Shown here piece after piece: positions 1 to 13,780 of a stretch of 64,000 nucleotides of DNA. Each line of letters starts with the position of its first letter. Within the stretch, counting starts at the first letter, position 1. Location of the stretch: the NCBI GenBank assembly GCA_030265395.1, contig JARFYF010000052.1:98197655-98261654 (forward strand). The letters are read 5' to 3'. This DNA comes from Rhina ancylostomus. Its lineage: Eukaryota. The notes beneath the pieces were generated by a model that worked only from the letters and a program-made list of their open reading frames with translations, had not been told where the DNA came from and did not search any database. The position numbers were made by a program, and so were the translations under genes.

Positions 1-554
1 TGTACAGGAGTCCTCACTGGTGAAAAGATAAGTGCATTTGTATCCTCCCTTCAGAGTCACTTCTCTGCTGCTGTGGGCAGTGGTGAATGCAATGATGGAG
101 TAGACAGTCAGATAAATGGCATGATTCAGCCCATTAGATTGAACATATTTCAACTCTCTGATTCTAAAGGATCTTTATGTTACTTATGACTTAGGAATTA
201 TCCACTCTCAAGGGAATGGTGTTCAAACCAAGACTTTTGAAACTTCCAGCCCTATAAAATCCAAAGAGGAAAGCAGCAATAAAAAGAATAATTGTGAGTG
301 GGACTCAGCTCATTGGCCTTTTGAGGGCTGGATTGCTTGGACTTGCTGAGTGGTGACACTGATTGGGATCCCCTACCAAAACACACATTGATTATCTCAA
401 CCTGTGCTTGTGTCCATGTGAAGCATTCTTCAGAGGCATGCTGATCAGTTGTAGGAGACATAGACCACAAGTAGTCGCAGGAGTGAGGAACCAGTTAATA
501 ATTTTGCACTAGGCTCAGGCTGTTGCAGGAGTGTTGAACAAATACACTAAATAA

Positions 555-690
555 AAACAAAAAGCAAGAAACTGCAGATTCTGGAAATCAAAAATAACAA
601 CAGAAAATTGTAGCCATGAGTCAGGACAAAATGGAGAGAGAAGCCGAACTAGCATTTTGTGTCAATGAGTTTTCATTAGAAGTGGCTCTC
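555..690 (-). mobile_element. Penelope-like element terminal (pLTR) fragment, decayed
   Basis: ACTGCAGATTCTGGAAATCAAAAATAACAACAGAAAATTG... matches the short repeat seen at 28480, 48690, 61730 and 62350; the copy at 61730 is contiguous with Penelope GIY-YIG coding relics. Confidence 0.5.
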
Positions 691-1332
691 CAGACAGTTA
701 ATAGCTGGCGATGAGGCTGCTCTGGATATAATCAGGTGGACAAATGCTTGGGACAACAGAGATTCACAGCTAAACTAACACAAATTTATCTCATCCAAAA
801 ATATTATACAAAACTTGCTTGCCTGGAATATCCTTAGTGAGTGAAAGGTGATTGTGTGCAATGAAAACCTTAAAATACTTCACCTTAAAAGTACAAGTTC
901 ATATCTTTAATCTTCCACAGAGATTTTAAAAAAACCTGCAGTATCTTCCACAGAGACTCATCCTGCAATATGTACAACAGGAGTACGACGACTCCTTCTC
1001 AGAGGAGGGCCCAGTCCCTGATGCCGCTACAAAGTCACACAACTCACATGTACCATCCACCAGCACAGATACCTTCATTTTATTAGTAAGATGGTTAAGT
1101 TTACACATGGTGAATTGCACATCACAAGGGAACGACAGCTAATTGCCACAGAATGTGCAACAGCAGAAGTTCCACAGTGAGGGGCACAGGATGGTCCAAG
1201 TTCTGCTCAGCTTGACAGAAACCCTGCACATTGAGGTCTCTCAGTGAACAGGATACTGTCGGATACAGCAAAGAACAGTTCAGATGCTTCCAGCATCCTG
1301 AGTGCACTGTGTACGCCTGTGGAGAGATCATT

Positions 1333-1470
1333 GGAATAAAACCAGAAAATGCTGGAAACACTCAGCACAGACAGCGTCTGTGGTAAAAGAAACAGGTTCA
1401 GGACCTTCATCAGAACTATATGCTGTCTTTCCTGTCGAGTATACTCAACATTTTCTGTTCTTATTTTCCC
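1333..1470. mobile_element. Palindromic Penelope-end mini-element
   Basis: Left arm GGAATAAAACCAGAAAATGCTGGAAACACTCAGCACAGACAGC is the approximate reverse complement of right arm GCTGTCTTTCCTGTCGAGTATACTCAACATTTTCTGTTCTTATTTTCC; CTGATGAAGGT lies on the minus strand in the centre. Confidence 0.6.
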
Positions 1471-1474
1471 TGGA

Positions 1475-1632
1475 ACACATTATCTGGTGGTTGTCACTGC
1501 TTTCAAGTGGCCCTTGCTGTACACAACGTGGCTGCACCTTTCCATTACAAGTGTCTGCATTTCAGAAATGCTTCCGTGGATGCAAAACACTGTCATCCGT
1601 CAAGAACATATGAAAGGCGTTATAAAACAATA
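1475..1632 (+). mobile_element. DeuSINE (SacSINE1-like) 3' remnant
   Basis: ATTATCTGGTGGTTGTCACTGC...CTTGCTGTACACAACGTGGCTGCACCTTTCC...TGAAAGGCGTTATAAAA resembles the Deu-domain and L2-type tail also seen at 25330 and 48530. Confidence 0.5.
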
Positions 1633-2384
1633 ACTTATTTCATGGCTACTTAGGTGTGGTTATTTTGCACTACAGGTCACTTCAGGAGGGAACACAAAAT
1701 GTTGGATTTCCACTTAAGTAACACTGTTCTTCGACCAGACGGGGTCGCTGCTGTGAAGCACTTCCCAAAGAAACTGAACACCAGCCCATCCGTTCCAATC
1801 TCATTGCATCCTGTTTCATATTTCATCCCCAGTAGCTTTGCAATGCAAGCGCGGTTACTCTAAATGATTTTGTCTTTCCGCTGATCGTAGCAATAACAAA
1901 CTAGACCAAGCTTTCAGTTTACCAGTTCGAAAATTTAAAAAAAATGCGTTTTTTTAATGAGTATTTCGAACCGAGGACTCAGGTTGCTCCACTTCCATGG
2001 GTAGGAGCCTGAACGTCTGCTCCACTCTCGAGGGAAAGCGCATTGGCTACACATTTCTTAACCTAGTACAAAAATCAATGCCACAATTTTCTAAAAGCAA
2101 ACCACCCTGAATGATAGACAGGCAATTCTCACCGACAATCTGACATGCAAAGGTATCAGGAAACATTGCACAAAGTGTTTCGCAATGTGCACTTATTTAA
2201 ATAAACAGGTGCGCATCGTTACCCGTGTTTTGATTCGATGGCGCAATGCTAGCACCAATAAAGTACATGCAGATAGTTAACGTTTTCTTTGTGAAAAGGA
2301 TCAATGACTGTGGCCATGCAGAAAATTACAAAGCAGAGCAGAACAGGACAGCTGGTCCTGGTATCACATTTCTTCCTAAGAAAT

Positions 2385-2440
2385 AGGAGGGCTTGGGCCG
2401 AAGGGCCTGCTCCTATGCTGTATTACTGTTTCGGTTTCTT
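2385..2440 (+). mobile_element. CR1/HE1-type 3' tail fragment
   Basis: TGGGCCGAAGGGCCTGCTCCTATGCTGTA is the conserved CR1 3' stem-loop tail. Confidence 0.55.
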
Positions 2441-5400
2441 ACAGTTCCAGGTACCTTGACTCAGCACCCCTTCTTCCGCCACCCCAGTACTTATTTCAAT
2501 TGAGATTTCCCTTTTATCCGTTCATGTTGCAATGGCAATAGACCTGATATGGCAAATCCCCCACACGTCTAAGGTCTCACTAAGCCAAGTGACTTAAAAG
2601 TTGCAGTAATTGTTTTATGTAAAAGTTCAGATCGGCTTTGAAGGGTGAGTTTAATCGAAGAACGATACTTCAATCGCCTCATATTTCCACTGTACAAGCG
2701 TTGTATTCTGTGACACGTGTACACTAAATATGGAAATAATAGATCTGCTTTGCTATTTGAGCCACCCGTTCGTCCCTCTGTTTCCCAGCACTGCCAGCAT
2801 CAATACGAGTTGTTCGGCATGGCAGCTAATGAACTGAATTTGAGACTAGCTCTTCATTTTGCAAACTGTTTACAGTCTAAATGCTTACTGAGCAAAGCGG
2901 AATGTGTTCGCCATAACTAGGGGGACATGTTGTTAACAGAGACACAAACAAGCCAATGGATTCATGACCACGTTTGGTGACATTTGTGATGCTGACACCA
3001 TCATCAGATTGCCCACTTAGGGAAAGATGGTTCCTAGATTTGTCATCTGATTGTAGATTATTTTCATTCAGAAAATGCCCTGCACAGTTTTGCAATGCAA
3101 ACACGGAACTTCACTGACAATTGTTTGTAATAATATTTAACATTGTAATAATTATTACATTTAACATTGAAATTGGGTTATGTTAAAATCGATGTCATTC
3201 GGGTGGTTTTAAACATTTTGTATTAACATAGGCCAGTTCGATTTGGTGTCAAGAGGAAACATGATAAACGTTTGAGAACAACGACTGCCATGATTGGCAA
3301 TTAAGTTGTATTTGAACAGTGTTTAAAAATTCATGCACTTAACGAATTCTGTTTATAATTCAATCTTATAAAAGTCATTGAGGTCACTGAGAACTTCCAG
3401 CATATGAGTAACATATGAAAAAAATGTTTCTTTGTCCATTTATCGCCAGTAATATTTTCACGTATTTTAACTGGGAAAGATGGGTAGAATGTGTTAGGTA
3501 TTTGCAAGCATTGTTAGAGAGAGAGTTTTAATTAATAAAAGATTAAATGGAACTAGTTAAAGATCAACAAAGGATCACGATTCGGAACACATCTAAAGGC
3601 TGGGGTGGGCGTAGGATAAAGTTGTTCAGGACGCTTATTTTCCTTGTAATGAGGAAAATAATGAAAACAATGAAGTGTTATGAGTACTAGTATTTTTTTG
3701 GATAACTCCTTCTAATGTTCGTCCTCATTTTTGAATTTTGCATTCAAGTTGATGGCACATTTGAAGAGTAAATTCAGTGAAACAATCTCTTTAAGACTGT
3801 TGGGATGGCCTCCAGCAACCTTCCGGATCAGTGAAAATAAAACAGGTTTGTATTCAGCCATGACTGCTTTAAGGAATGGCAGCCAAACAAAATAAAGATT
3901 CTGTATCTTCCCTTCGCTTGGGATGTTTTCTCCCCATTTTCAAGTTAACCACAGTCATTCAAACTGCTATTAATTTACAAGCTTGCTCGGGCAATCTGTA
4001 ATCTTGCTTATCCGACTTCCAGCCATTCCTTTCATAAGGGTATCAGCTAGTGTCTTATGTGCAGATGATATTATTTAGGGTTGGAAGCTGTCATTCAGTT
4101 GATCAAACAGACATAACAAAGTTGGGACTGAAATGAGACGATCACTCAAGTTCAAGGACACCATACACCCTGTTGCAGTATATTTTGATCCGAAGTTCAG
4201 CGTACGATTCGGAAAAGCGATATGATTACCTCGGTGCGCGTCTCTGTAGGACTGTACTCGCAAGATTAAGCATTTCACTATGAACAGAAGGGTCTTTTCA
4301 ATTTCAGAAATGCGATCCCGAACGAGTGCGAGCGCTTTGCTCACAGTGGCAGTTAGAATAACTGAAAACGTGCTCAGGAAGTGAAAGAGGTTGAGTGAGA
4401 AGCTGAAATGCCATCAAAGAGGAGCTTGCTGACTCTGTCTTAAAATACCAACATGTCGAAAGATCTGCTCTTTGAGCAACAAAGAGCTCATACTTCTGTC
4501 AGAGGCTGCAAATTTTATTAATTTTATCAAGTTGTACATTTTGCCAGTGGTAGAACTTTTAACCCCTTAATCCGGAAGCTCTACGATTACAAGCAGTTTA
4601 TACAGCGCTAGGAGCTGTATAGCCAAAGCAATGGCGTGCTTTGAACCAATGTTTGGTGCAGCTGCGTTGCTGCAGCGGTTGCAGGAAACATGAAACGGAG
4701 TCCTGAAAATCTTGAAATTTTTCAGCAACACAACTGACGGTGAAAAGTAGGGAAAAATAAACATAATACCGGGCATCGTGAATATCCTATTTGTATTAAA
4801 ACACGTTTAAAGACAATGGAATATGCAAATAAAGTTCTTTGTGGAGAACATAACTTCGCCATTAGTCACGATTCTCAAGTATGTTGCAGCTTCGTTTCAA
4901 ATTTATTATTTGAGTTGGTTGTCGAAAATGAGATGCCCAAATACAATGTGCTATAGAACACGGAAAGCAGTATTACCAAACCACCCAGACTAAGCCAAAT
5001 GGGAAAAGAGTGACTTGAGTTTAGCAATCTTTCGATAGTGAAAAGACTCCTTGTGTCGGATTAAATTGAACCCGATAAAGAGAGGATAGATATTCATATC
5101 TGTTTGCGGTAATTTCCCCATATATCTTTTACAGTTTATTCGTAGCGGGGTCGTCTTTTTTTTAAAGATCGACGATATAATCGCACCAATAAACGTCTTG
5201 CTCAAACAAAATCCTCTGTACCGACTAAAGGCTTAAGTAAAGTCCGTCACTTTCTAAAACCAACCCCATCGCTGATTGACTTTTGTACAGTCGGTGCATG
5301 AACTTCGACCGCACCAGCCATTACTTAAAGGATCGGCAAACACAGAACTCCTGAAGTACAAGGAATGTGCAAACTGCACGCAGATTTTGGTAACTGTACA

Positions 5401-8129
5401 GATGTATGAAAACAAAGACTAGAAAGGAAACCAGAAATGCTAATTATTGTTTGCAGAGATATTTTCAGGAGAACCACACCTTTCTTTCCTAGGATAACTT
5501 TAAAAAACACGTTAAACACATCTCCTTAAACAGCACTCAGGACATTTCTGGACTCACGACCGACCCAAAAAGCGCAGGATTCAATTCAATGGGAGGTAGG
5601 GGAGGGCGACGGAAGGTAAAATATCCACTACTGATCTGGAAGTGCGGTAGGACAGAGGCTGCAAGTTACACTCCCGCTTCTGAAATTCGATTCCAGTGAC
5701 CTTAAGCGACCGAGCAGGAATTTTTACGCCAATGATTTGTCTATTTTTAGCACATACAATCGGTGAATACCTGTTGAATTGAAACCTTTGATGGCGGCCC
5801 TGAAGTATACTTTCACAATGTAAAGTTGAGGCAGGAGTTAAACTGTTTGAATAAATATATGGAACTGACAGTNNNNNNNNNNNNNNNNNNNNNNNNNNNN
5901 NNNNGGAAGTTTGGACAAAGTTTGCACAAGAACAAGTCTAGATCTTTCGGTACTCGAAAGGATAGTTTAAAAACTGCACGTCACGTGATTGCGGCAAATT
6001 TGGAATTTAAGAAACAAATGCACGATCTAATTACACGTGATCCAGGTCCTAAATTCCTCCCGGATTCAGCGCGGTTGCAAGACAAAATCCTGTTAACAGT
6101 GATTGGATCCTGTCGGGAACCTTGGTGTTCAAGGGAGAGCTCTGTACATGGCAGAGCTATTTCCCATTCACAATTTAGAAAAGCCAATAGGGAATAATCC
6201 CTACTCTCTATTTGAAGCAGAGTCCATTTGTTCACGATTTCCATGGTCAACCTTGTTCATTTTGCCAAATTGAATGAGCAAATCACAGCTTTTTAATTCT
6301 ACCTCAAACTCAGCTCGTGTGTGTGAACTGGTGTAAGGAATCTCACCAGCCTTTAATCCAGATTTAAATGGAGCCGCAAATTCGAATAGTGCACTGCAGG
6401 CTTTGTGCAGATGCAGGTAGTTTCAATTTGATACAGAGGCCAAACTTGCAATGTAAATATAACGAGTTTCAAATGGATTTAATGAAAATACTGAGCAAAT
6501 GTGATTAGTGTGTAGTGCTTTGTAAGCATGATATTTGTTTGCATTTCAGAGAAGTGCACTTTCAACTCAGTCTACACCTTTATGAATTTATACTGGAGAA
6601 TCCAGCCAGTAACGGCGGTGCGGGCTCCTTTAATACAAGAAAATGCAGCATTTGAAGCATGTTTTCAAACGTAGGCATTCCTGGACTGCAAGGAATCCCA
6701 AAGAGTCCACGAGATTATAGGCTTTCTGTCCTTCCGTAATCCGATATCTAATCCAGTGCTGTTGCTGATTAATGAGCCTGTTATTTATGATGCTGTTTAC
6801 TAATAAAAGCAGCGGGGGTGCCTTTGAATAACTGATGATGTCTTTGGTCTTTAAGAGAGCAAAGATGATCCTCGATTAATTCATTTTTGAAGAACAGCCC
6901 CCGCCCCGGNNNNNNNNNNNNNNNNNNNNNNNNNNNNNNNNNNNNNNNNNNNNNNNNNNNNNNNNNNNNNNNNNNNNNNNNNNNNNNNNNNNNNNNNNNN
7001 NNNNNNNNNAAGAACAGCACCCACCACCCCCCCCCCCAACACCCCCCCCAGCTCCCCGCCAAACCTTGCTGAGAGACATTACGCAGAAAAATTTCTAAAA
7101 TGTTGTTCAGTGCAGCTGTTGGATAGTTTCGGAACACTGAACAAATTAGAAAATTATAAATGTAAACATTACAAATAATAAATTGATATAAGCAACATAA
7201 AATGCATGCTGAACATCTGGCCTTAAAAACCTCAGGCCGATTTGGAACTGCCAGTACCATCTGAGTTCGATGATCAATCACTTTATTTCCTCTGCGCTAT
7301 TATGTTTAAATATGGTAATTCCCGACTCGTTGATACCAGATAACCTTCAACCCTCGTAGTATTTAACACGTCATATATGTAGAAAGATGCCTTTCATTGA
7401 AAGACTCACTGTAATTTATCACATACGCATTAACTGTGCTAATTGCTTATGGATTGTTACTTGTATTGTAATCCTATATATCTTCAAATTGGCACCAGAT
7501 CTTTGATGTCAGCCAGCTGTTTTGTTGAACGGAGCTCTTCAGAACAAATTTAAATAAATCTAGTAACACATTAGAAAAAGTAAGTCTATAGACAATAAAA
7601 AAGGCTGCCGAGATATTTGACTTCTATGCACCACCTTACACCACCGCCCATTCTAATGCTTTTGTATCTGCCCAAATTGTAAATTACATAATGGAACTTA
7701 TTATCTGCACTAATGTCTTTTAAAATCACAAGACCATTTGAACTGATCAATTGGCAAGTAGATAAATAACTACTAATGAACCATACAAGATTCAAGTTTT
7801 TACAAAAAAAAATCTTCAAACACGAGACCGTTCTTTAAATGTATTTAAATAAGATTGCTGTATATGGATATGTTGCTGAATTCCATCTAGTATGACTTAG
7901 GCCAGCGGCGGCTATACTTTATGAGCTTCTGTGCCACTAAATAACTAACATAAGGTTATTAGGGTTGTGCAAATGTCATTAGGTTTCAACGCGGTTCTTT
8001 CGGCCATGGCTTATTTTCTCTTAGCGTGGTGATGAATAATCAACGTTAAGACGTGTAGCTTGAATTCATGGCATATCCAGAACACACAGAAAGGTTGGTG
8101 TGAAAGTTCCTTCCCAAAGCAATTAATAG

Positions 8130-8259
8130 ATAGGTACATGGAGTTGATTAAAATAGAGGGTTGTGGGTAAGCCTAGTAATTTCTAAATTAGGGACATGTT
8201 CGGCACAGCTTTGTGGGCCGAAGGGCCTGAATTGTGCTGTAGTTTTTCTATGTTTCTAA
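8130..8259 (+). mobile_element. CR1 LINE 3' end (5'-truncated)
   Basis: GATAGGTACATGG...GTGGGCCGAAGGGCCTGAATTGTGCTGTAG...TTCTATGTTTCTA is a CR1 3' UTR ending in the terminal microsatellite. Confidence 0.7.
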
Positions 8260-11209
8260 TTGGTTTTTTTGAAAAGAAAAAAAAGTGCAGTTTATGGGTC
8301 AAGAGGAGGGGGGTTATGAACAATGGCTGCACCACATGATAAAACAAAAGGCATCTTGTGTAATGTAAGATTCGGTGATATGGCTGAATATGGTGGTTGC
8401 AATATGTTTTAATAGAAAATATCAATTTATGTATTCCATTTAGAAATGATCACAGGTGCCTGCATGGACAACCCATTGACTTGCTATCACTATTGTAGAG
8501 GATGATGGGTCCTTGGGAATTATTTCTTTGCGTATCACCTGTGATGTAATTACAAATCAATTCATAAAGAAACTTTAGATTTTCGCATTTTGTACCGAGG
8601 AGCCCTATTTCATGGTTTAGAATGTCCATGGCATCTTTAGCACTTTAAACCCATAATCAGCTTGCATGACAATTCGTTCAGTGTTATAATTGTTACACTG
8701 AATACAAGAACAATTTATCTTTTCTCAGACAACAATCGCCAATCAAGCTCTCGAAAGTTCAGTAAGTAGTAAGCTCAATGCAAAGTATGCCTTCTCATAG
8801 GTCTTGCGGGTTTTCTACATCTTGTCCGCCGTTCAGCTGGGCAGTCTCAATCACATCACCCAGTAAAACGGCTAAACTGAAGTATGTTTCAGTGATGCTT
8901 AGAACATGAACTTACAGGGTCACTGGAAATCATTTATTGCCTTCTGAATCATTTCTTGTCCTACATCTTGAGTCAGTTCATTCTTTCATTCTTTTTCCTG
9001 AAACAACAACTCAGCTAAAATATGTAATGATTTTGGAATTTATCTAAAAAAATATGGGTTTGTACTTTTTAAATAGAATACTCTGAACCATTTATTGAAC
9101 TAGCTAAGGATAAATTTCCAGTCTACAGCATGTGCGCTTGTTAGTATTCCCAATAGTGAAAACACTACTTAAACCGTGCAGACTTTACGCCGGCAAAGCA
9201 AATGGTGGCATATGTGAACTCGATTTTCTCAGATGGACCTCGGTAATGCTCCAATTCTGCGCTTGGTAGCATTGAGCATTTTCATTTCAAACTCATTTCG
9301 GATTTCGCTCTCAGAGATTTGTTTCTCTGTCCTCTTTTTGTTTGTCTGCCTCTTCCGGTTTTCTTTTTAGTTATATACCTCATCCATCATTTATTTGTTG
9401 ACTTGGACTGACAGTTTAAAACCCCCAAAACTACCGTTAAGTTTTTTTTTCATGTTTCAGGGAAATAATCCCAATGTACTCATCCAATCTGAGGTTATAA
9501 TAATGGCAGCTCATCACAAGCAACTTCTTTAGCTGCAATTGATGTTTAGACATTAACACTGATCAGTTTGATCCGGCTTCAAATCTGCATTAACTTGAAC
9601 CATCGTTGTGTTTTTTAAAAATATACTTAGTGTATTTGGCTGCATTTAATGCAGCGTTACCTTTTGTTTTACACTTAATTGGTAACAGTAATGATTGGTG
9701 GGGTCTGGAAAACTTGGAATACGTTCCTTTGGAACTGCAGTAATTGTGATAAAGTTAAACATTCCAATGATGAACAAAAATCAAATCTAAAAGTCTTGAA
9801 AAATATAATGTAACTATTAATGTGGGACAACCAGACTGAGCGTCAATACGATTAGAGATGGCTCTCTGTCAGAACACCAAAACAGATGGGCGCAGCAGAT
9901 ATTACGTATTCGAGAAGAACATTATGAAAGAATGAATATAAAGTGAGTGGATAAACCTGTGCCCTTGCATGTTCAATGTTGGAAATCTGAGAGTTTATTC
10001 TCAGAAAAAAACTCTCAATGTTTATGGGAGAGTTTTTTTTTCAGATAACGGGAGCGTCCCTAACCAAGCCACCTACTCTTCAATCTGGAGCTGACCATTC
10101 AGAGGTGAGACCAGAAAGCATAGTTTTACACAATGCGAGATGGAAAACTGGCACTCTGTCAAGAAATAGCGAGTGGGTCAATTTAGTTAAAACTACGGAA
10201 ACTCTTACCACTACAGCTATTCCAGGTTCAGATGACATCAGTGCTGACTAGTTTAATCGGGCCTCAGGTTTGCACTAACTTGAACTAACGTTTCTTAAGG
10301 TTAAACTAATGGTATTTGGCTGCACCTCATTTATATGTTTAATTGTTTTTACTTTTATAGATTTCTGTTCGTTTTAAACGTTTTGTTGAAACAAGAGTAT
10401 TAAGGAAATGTCAATCGATTTAAGACAATGATCAGGTAATCTCGATTAGAATGGCAGTACTCTATGTTTGGGGAATGGATTGTGTAGCCTTGCTCCAGTG
10501 CTCATGGATCGGAGCAACCCATTAGTTCCACATTTACTCAATTCACTGTTGTAGGGTTGACGACGACACTTTATTTTTAACATGAATAGCCACCAATATA
10601 TCGTATTTTAATACGCCTACGAAGTCAGAAACAACGACTTTGATATTAGTGCATTTAAAATACAAGGCTCATCTGGTAAGAGAACAGCTGAATTGTTGTG
10701 GCCTCCAGGTTCTCCCACCACGCAAGTCATTTTCACGCTTATTGAAAAGAGGTGCAAACACTGATGGTAAAGGTGGCAATTGGGCGAGTGCTAAAAGCCA
10801 TTACTCCACTCAGTGTGGTTTTCATTGGCAGTGTGTAAAGGTGGCGTGATGGCCCGTTTCCGCGAATGATTGGCAACATATTATTGAAATCAAGAAGTAA
10901 GACAAAGTGCAGCTGGATAATATGTAAGTACAGAACTATCGAGACAGCATTCGATTGCGGTATTATCGCTGATCAGCCATTAGAGAGGATTGACTCTCGG
11001 TTATTATAGGGAGATGGGTAGCTATTTTTTAAGGTTGTATATGTGACGGGCCAATAACAGGAGACACTTCTCAACCGCCTTTATTGAGTGGTCCCAATCC
11101 ATTTGTGTTTGTTCCCGGAATAGGCCACAATAAGTCAATCATTAGCAAAGCTTCGGGAATGTAGGTTGAGTGCGGTGGGGAAATAGGTAAACGTCACAGT
11201 GTTGTTATT

Positions 11210-11522
11210 CTTCCCCGGCAGTGGGGCGGGAATGGCTTGCTCCCACTGCATTTCTGTGAATTCTTAGGTTGCCGATGAGAAGAATACGGAACAGGGGAAT
11301 CCGCCACAAATCGGGCAGGAAGTGCTTGATGGGTGGTATGGGTGGGTCGTGGTGCGCTCCTTTCATCGTTTATGCCGGGATTCAGTGTGCTCCCAACGAC
11401 TGGATTCCCTACAGTCGGTGAGGATGATACATTTTTTTAAAATCAGGGGGTTTTAAAGACATCCTTAAATATGTTTCGCCGTTCATTTAGTAATATANNN
11501 NNNNNNNAGAGCTTGGAATAGA
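11210..11522 (-). mobile_element. RTE-clade LINE 3' remnant
   Basis: Its last ~80 bp (GACATCCTTAAAT...AGAGCTTGGAATAGAGT) match the start of the RTE relic at 12385-12470. Confidence 0.45.
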
Positions 11523-12345
11523 GTCACGGACTTATACAGCATGGAAACAGGTCCTTCGGCCTTACTGGTCCCTGCCAACCTAGATGTCCCATCCAAGCTA
11601 ATCATATTTGTCAGCGTTTGGCCCTAACCTTCTAAACTTGTCCAACCCATATTCCTGTCCCTCTGCCTTTTAAAAGTTATCGTACCTGCCTCAACCACTT
11701 CCTCTGGCAGCATTCCACATAAATACCACCCTTCGTGTAACAAAAGTTGCCTCTCAAGTTCCAATTAAATCTTTCACCTCTTACCTCAAACCTATTCCCT
11801 CAACCATGGGAAAAAGACTGAGTGTATTCACCCTATCTATGCCCTTCATGATTGTATACACCTCTAAAAGATCACCTCTCAGTCTCTTTCACTCCAATGA
11901 ATAAAATCCCAGCCGATCCAACTTCTCCCTATAACTCAGTCGTACAAATCTTGGCAACATCCTCGTAAATCTTTTCTGCACCTTTAATTTAATATCATCT
12001 TTTAATAATATCTTTCCTATTGCAGGGCGACCAAGTGTGGCCTTACCAGCGTCCTGTACAACTGCACCATGACCTCCCAATTCTTATACTCAGTGCCCTG
12101 AATTATGAAAGCCAGCGTGTCAAAAACCTTCTTCATCTCCCTGTCTACTGGTTACTTCACTTTCACTGAACAATGTACTTGTACCCCAAGGTCTCTCTGT
12201 TCTACAAAACTCCACAGGGCCCTGCCGTTCAATGTAAGAATCCTACTTGGATTTGACTTTCCAAAATGCAACACCTTGCACTTATCTGAATTAAACTCCA
12301 TTTGCCATTCCTCGCCCCACTTACTCCAGAACCCCCTGTAATTTT
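11523..12345 (-). mobile_element. CR1 LINE 3' fragment (end of ORF2 + 3' UTR)
   Basis: Minus-strand translations WQMEFNSDKCKVLHFGKSN...EQRDLGVQVH and VQKRFTRMLP...LSYREKLDRLGFYSLE are CR1 ORF2 C-terminal motifs; the tail GGCCGAAGGACCTGTTTCCATGCTGTA lies at ~11535-11562. Confidence 0.9.
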
Positions 12346-12384
12346 TGATAAACTTCATTGTCCCCTATACCTCCTATTTTAGAT

Positions 12385-13780
12385 TTTCAAGGTGGCTTTA
12401 ATAATATCTTTGAATCTCTTTCTCTGTCCAGCTGGCAATCTCTTGCCATTGTAGAGCTTGAAATAGAGTACCTGCTTCAGGAGTCCGTATTGGGCATGTA
12501 ATCATTATAGCCTCACCACTGGAGTTGAATGAGTGTAAATTAGGCCCCAATGCTTAGATTTCTCTTTGAGCAGACTGTATCCCTGCTGGCATTCTAACAC
12601 ATGGCAGAGGAAATTCTGTCAAAAATTCACAACCTTATCTCCCACATCTGGGAGGATATGCCAAGAGACCCTGCTTCAGGAGTCTGGTTTCAGATATGGG
12701 ATAAATGTGGGCTGCCCACTGAGCTGAGTGAGTTCAGCTGGTGCTGGGAATGTTACCTTGGGAGAGGATGCAGACATTTGCTTATTCTGCCCAAAGATTT
12801 GAATGGTTTGTGGAGAGTGCATTGTTATATCTTTCCTGCATTGCGATGCCCACTCTAGGTAGTTTGAGTTTTCTATACATTGCCCAGTTGACCATGAACT
12901 TTGTGCCTGGTCTTCAAGCATTCATATCCCAGATATCCAAAGGCTGTGAAAGTGCTCTGAAGGAAGCAGTAAATTTCATCATCCATGCCTGCCTCACTGA
13001 GAGATGATTCCCAATATATGAGAACATGAGATATGAACATTTTTAAAGAGTCTCGTCACGATCTTTATTGTTGGAGCTTGGTGCTGATCAGTAAAGTACC
13101 CTATTTATAGCTGCTAAGTGTAAGGCTCATTCTCTCGTATGTTCAATCACTGTAGTCGGGATGACCTTGGTTCTGGAATGGATGCAATGTAGGTGAAAGA
13201 GTGTCCCAATCATTCTGCTGATTAGCCACTCCAACGGAAAGCTTGTTGGAGGTGAATTTCAGCATTGCGGCACGAAAAAGTTTGACCAAGGACCAAACCT
13301 TGCTCGACACCAGTCTGCACTGATATTGTATTCACTGTGGACCCATTAGTTAAGATCACAACCTGCATGCCATCAAGTAGCAGACATAAGGTGGAGATTG
13401 TTGTTGTCAGCAACATTTGAGAAGGATGGTATCTAGTCCTTCTTGATTGACATTGAAGCTTTATGATCAAAAAGGCCATGTACAGTGGTCGATGATGCTT
13501 TTATTCTTGGAATTTCTGTGTGATAAAGATCATGTAAACAGAGGATAGATGGAATCCACACTGCTGCTGGGGGCAGCTCTGTGGTCGCTGGGAGGAGGTG
13601 ACTGAGGAGAACCCAGGTGATGATTCCCCGTGGCAGAAAGAAGAGGGGCCGCACCATAGTTATACTTCTTGAAGGTGTTCGTGATTAGTACTTCTAGGAT
13701 TCCCTGCCAGATCCTCTTCCCAGACATGGGAGGCGAGGTTGTGAATTGGAGACGGAAGTTCCCCTCTGGCAAGTTTTAAA
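12385..13780 (-). mobile_element. RTE-clade LINE, degraded and internally deleted
   Basis: Minus-strand LLLDGMQVVILTNGSTVNTISVQTGVEQGLVL corresponds to the RTE-type RT motif LLHDxMxAxVxxNGxxxxxFxVxTGVKQGCV; many frameshifts. Confidence 0.7.

Noticed and set aside
926-1120. Cys-rich 64-aa minus-strand ORF resembling a zinc finger
   Set aside because: No coherent domain spacing or splice context; probably antisense of old repeat debris.
3144-3159. Perfect 16-bp palindrome TGTAATAATTATTACA
   Set aside because: AT-rich and part of a local slippage duplication, so plausible by chance.
6781-7281. 166-aa ORF and other ORFs spanning N runs
   Set aside because: Their length is inflated by Ns; no coding signal.
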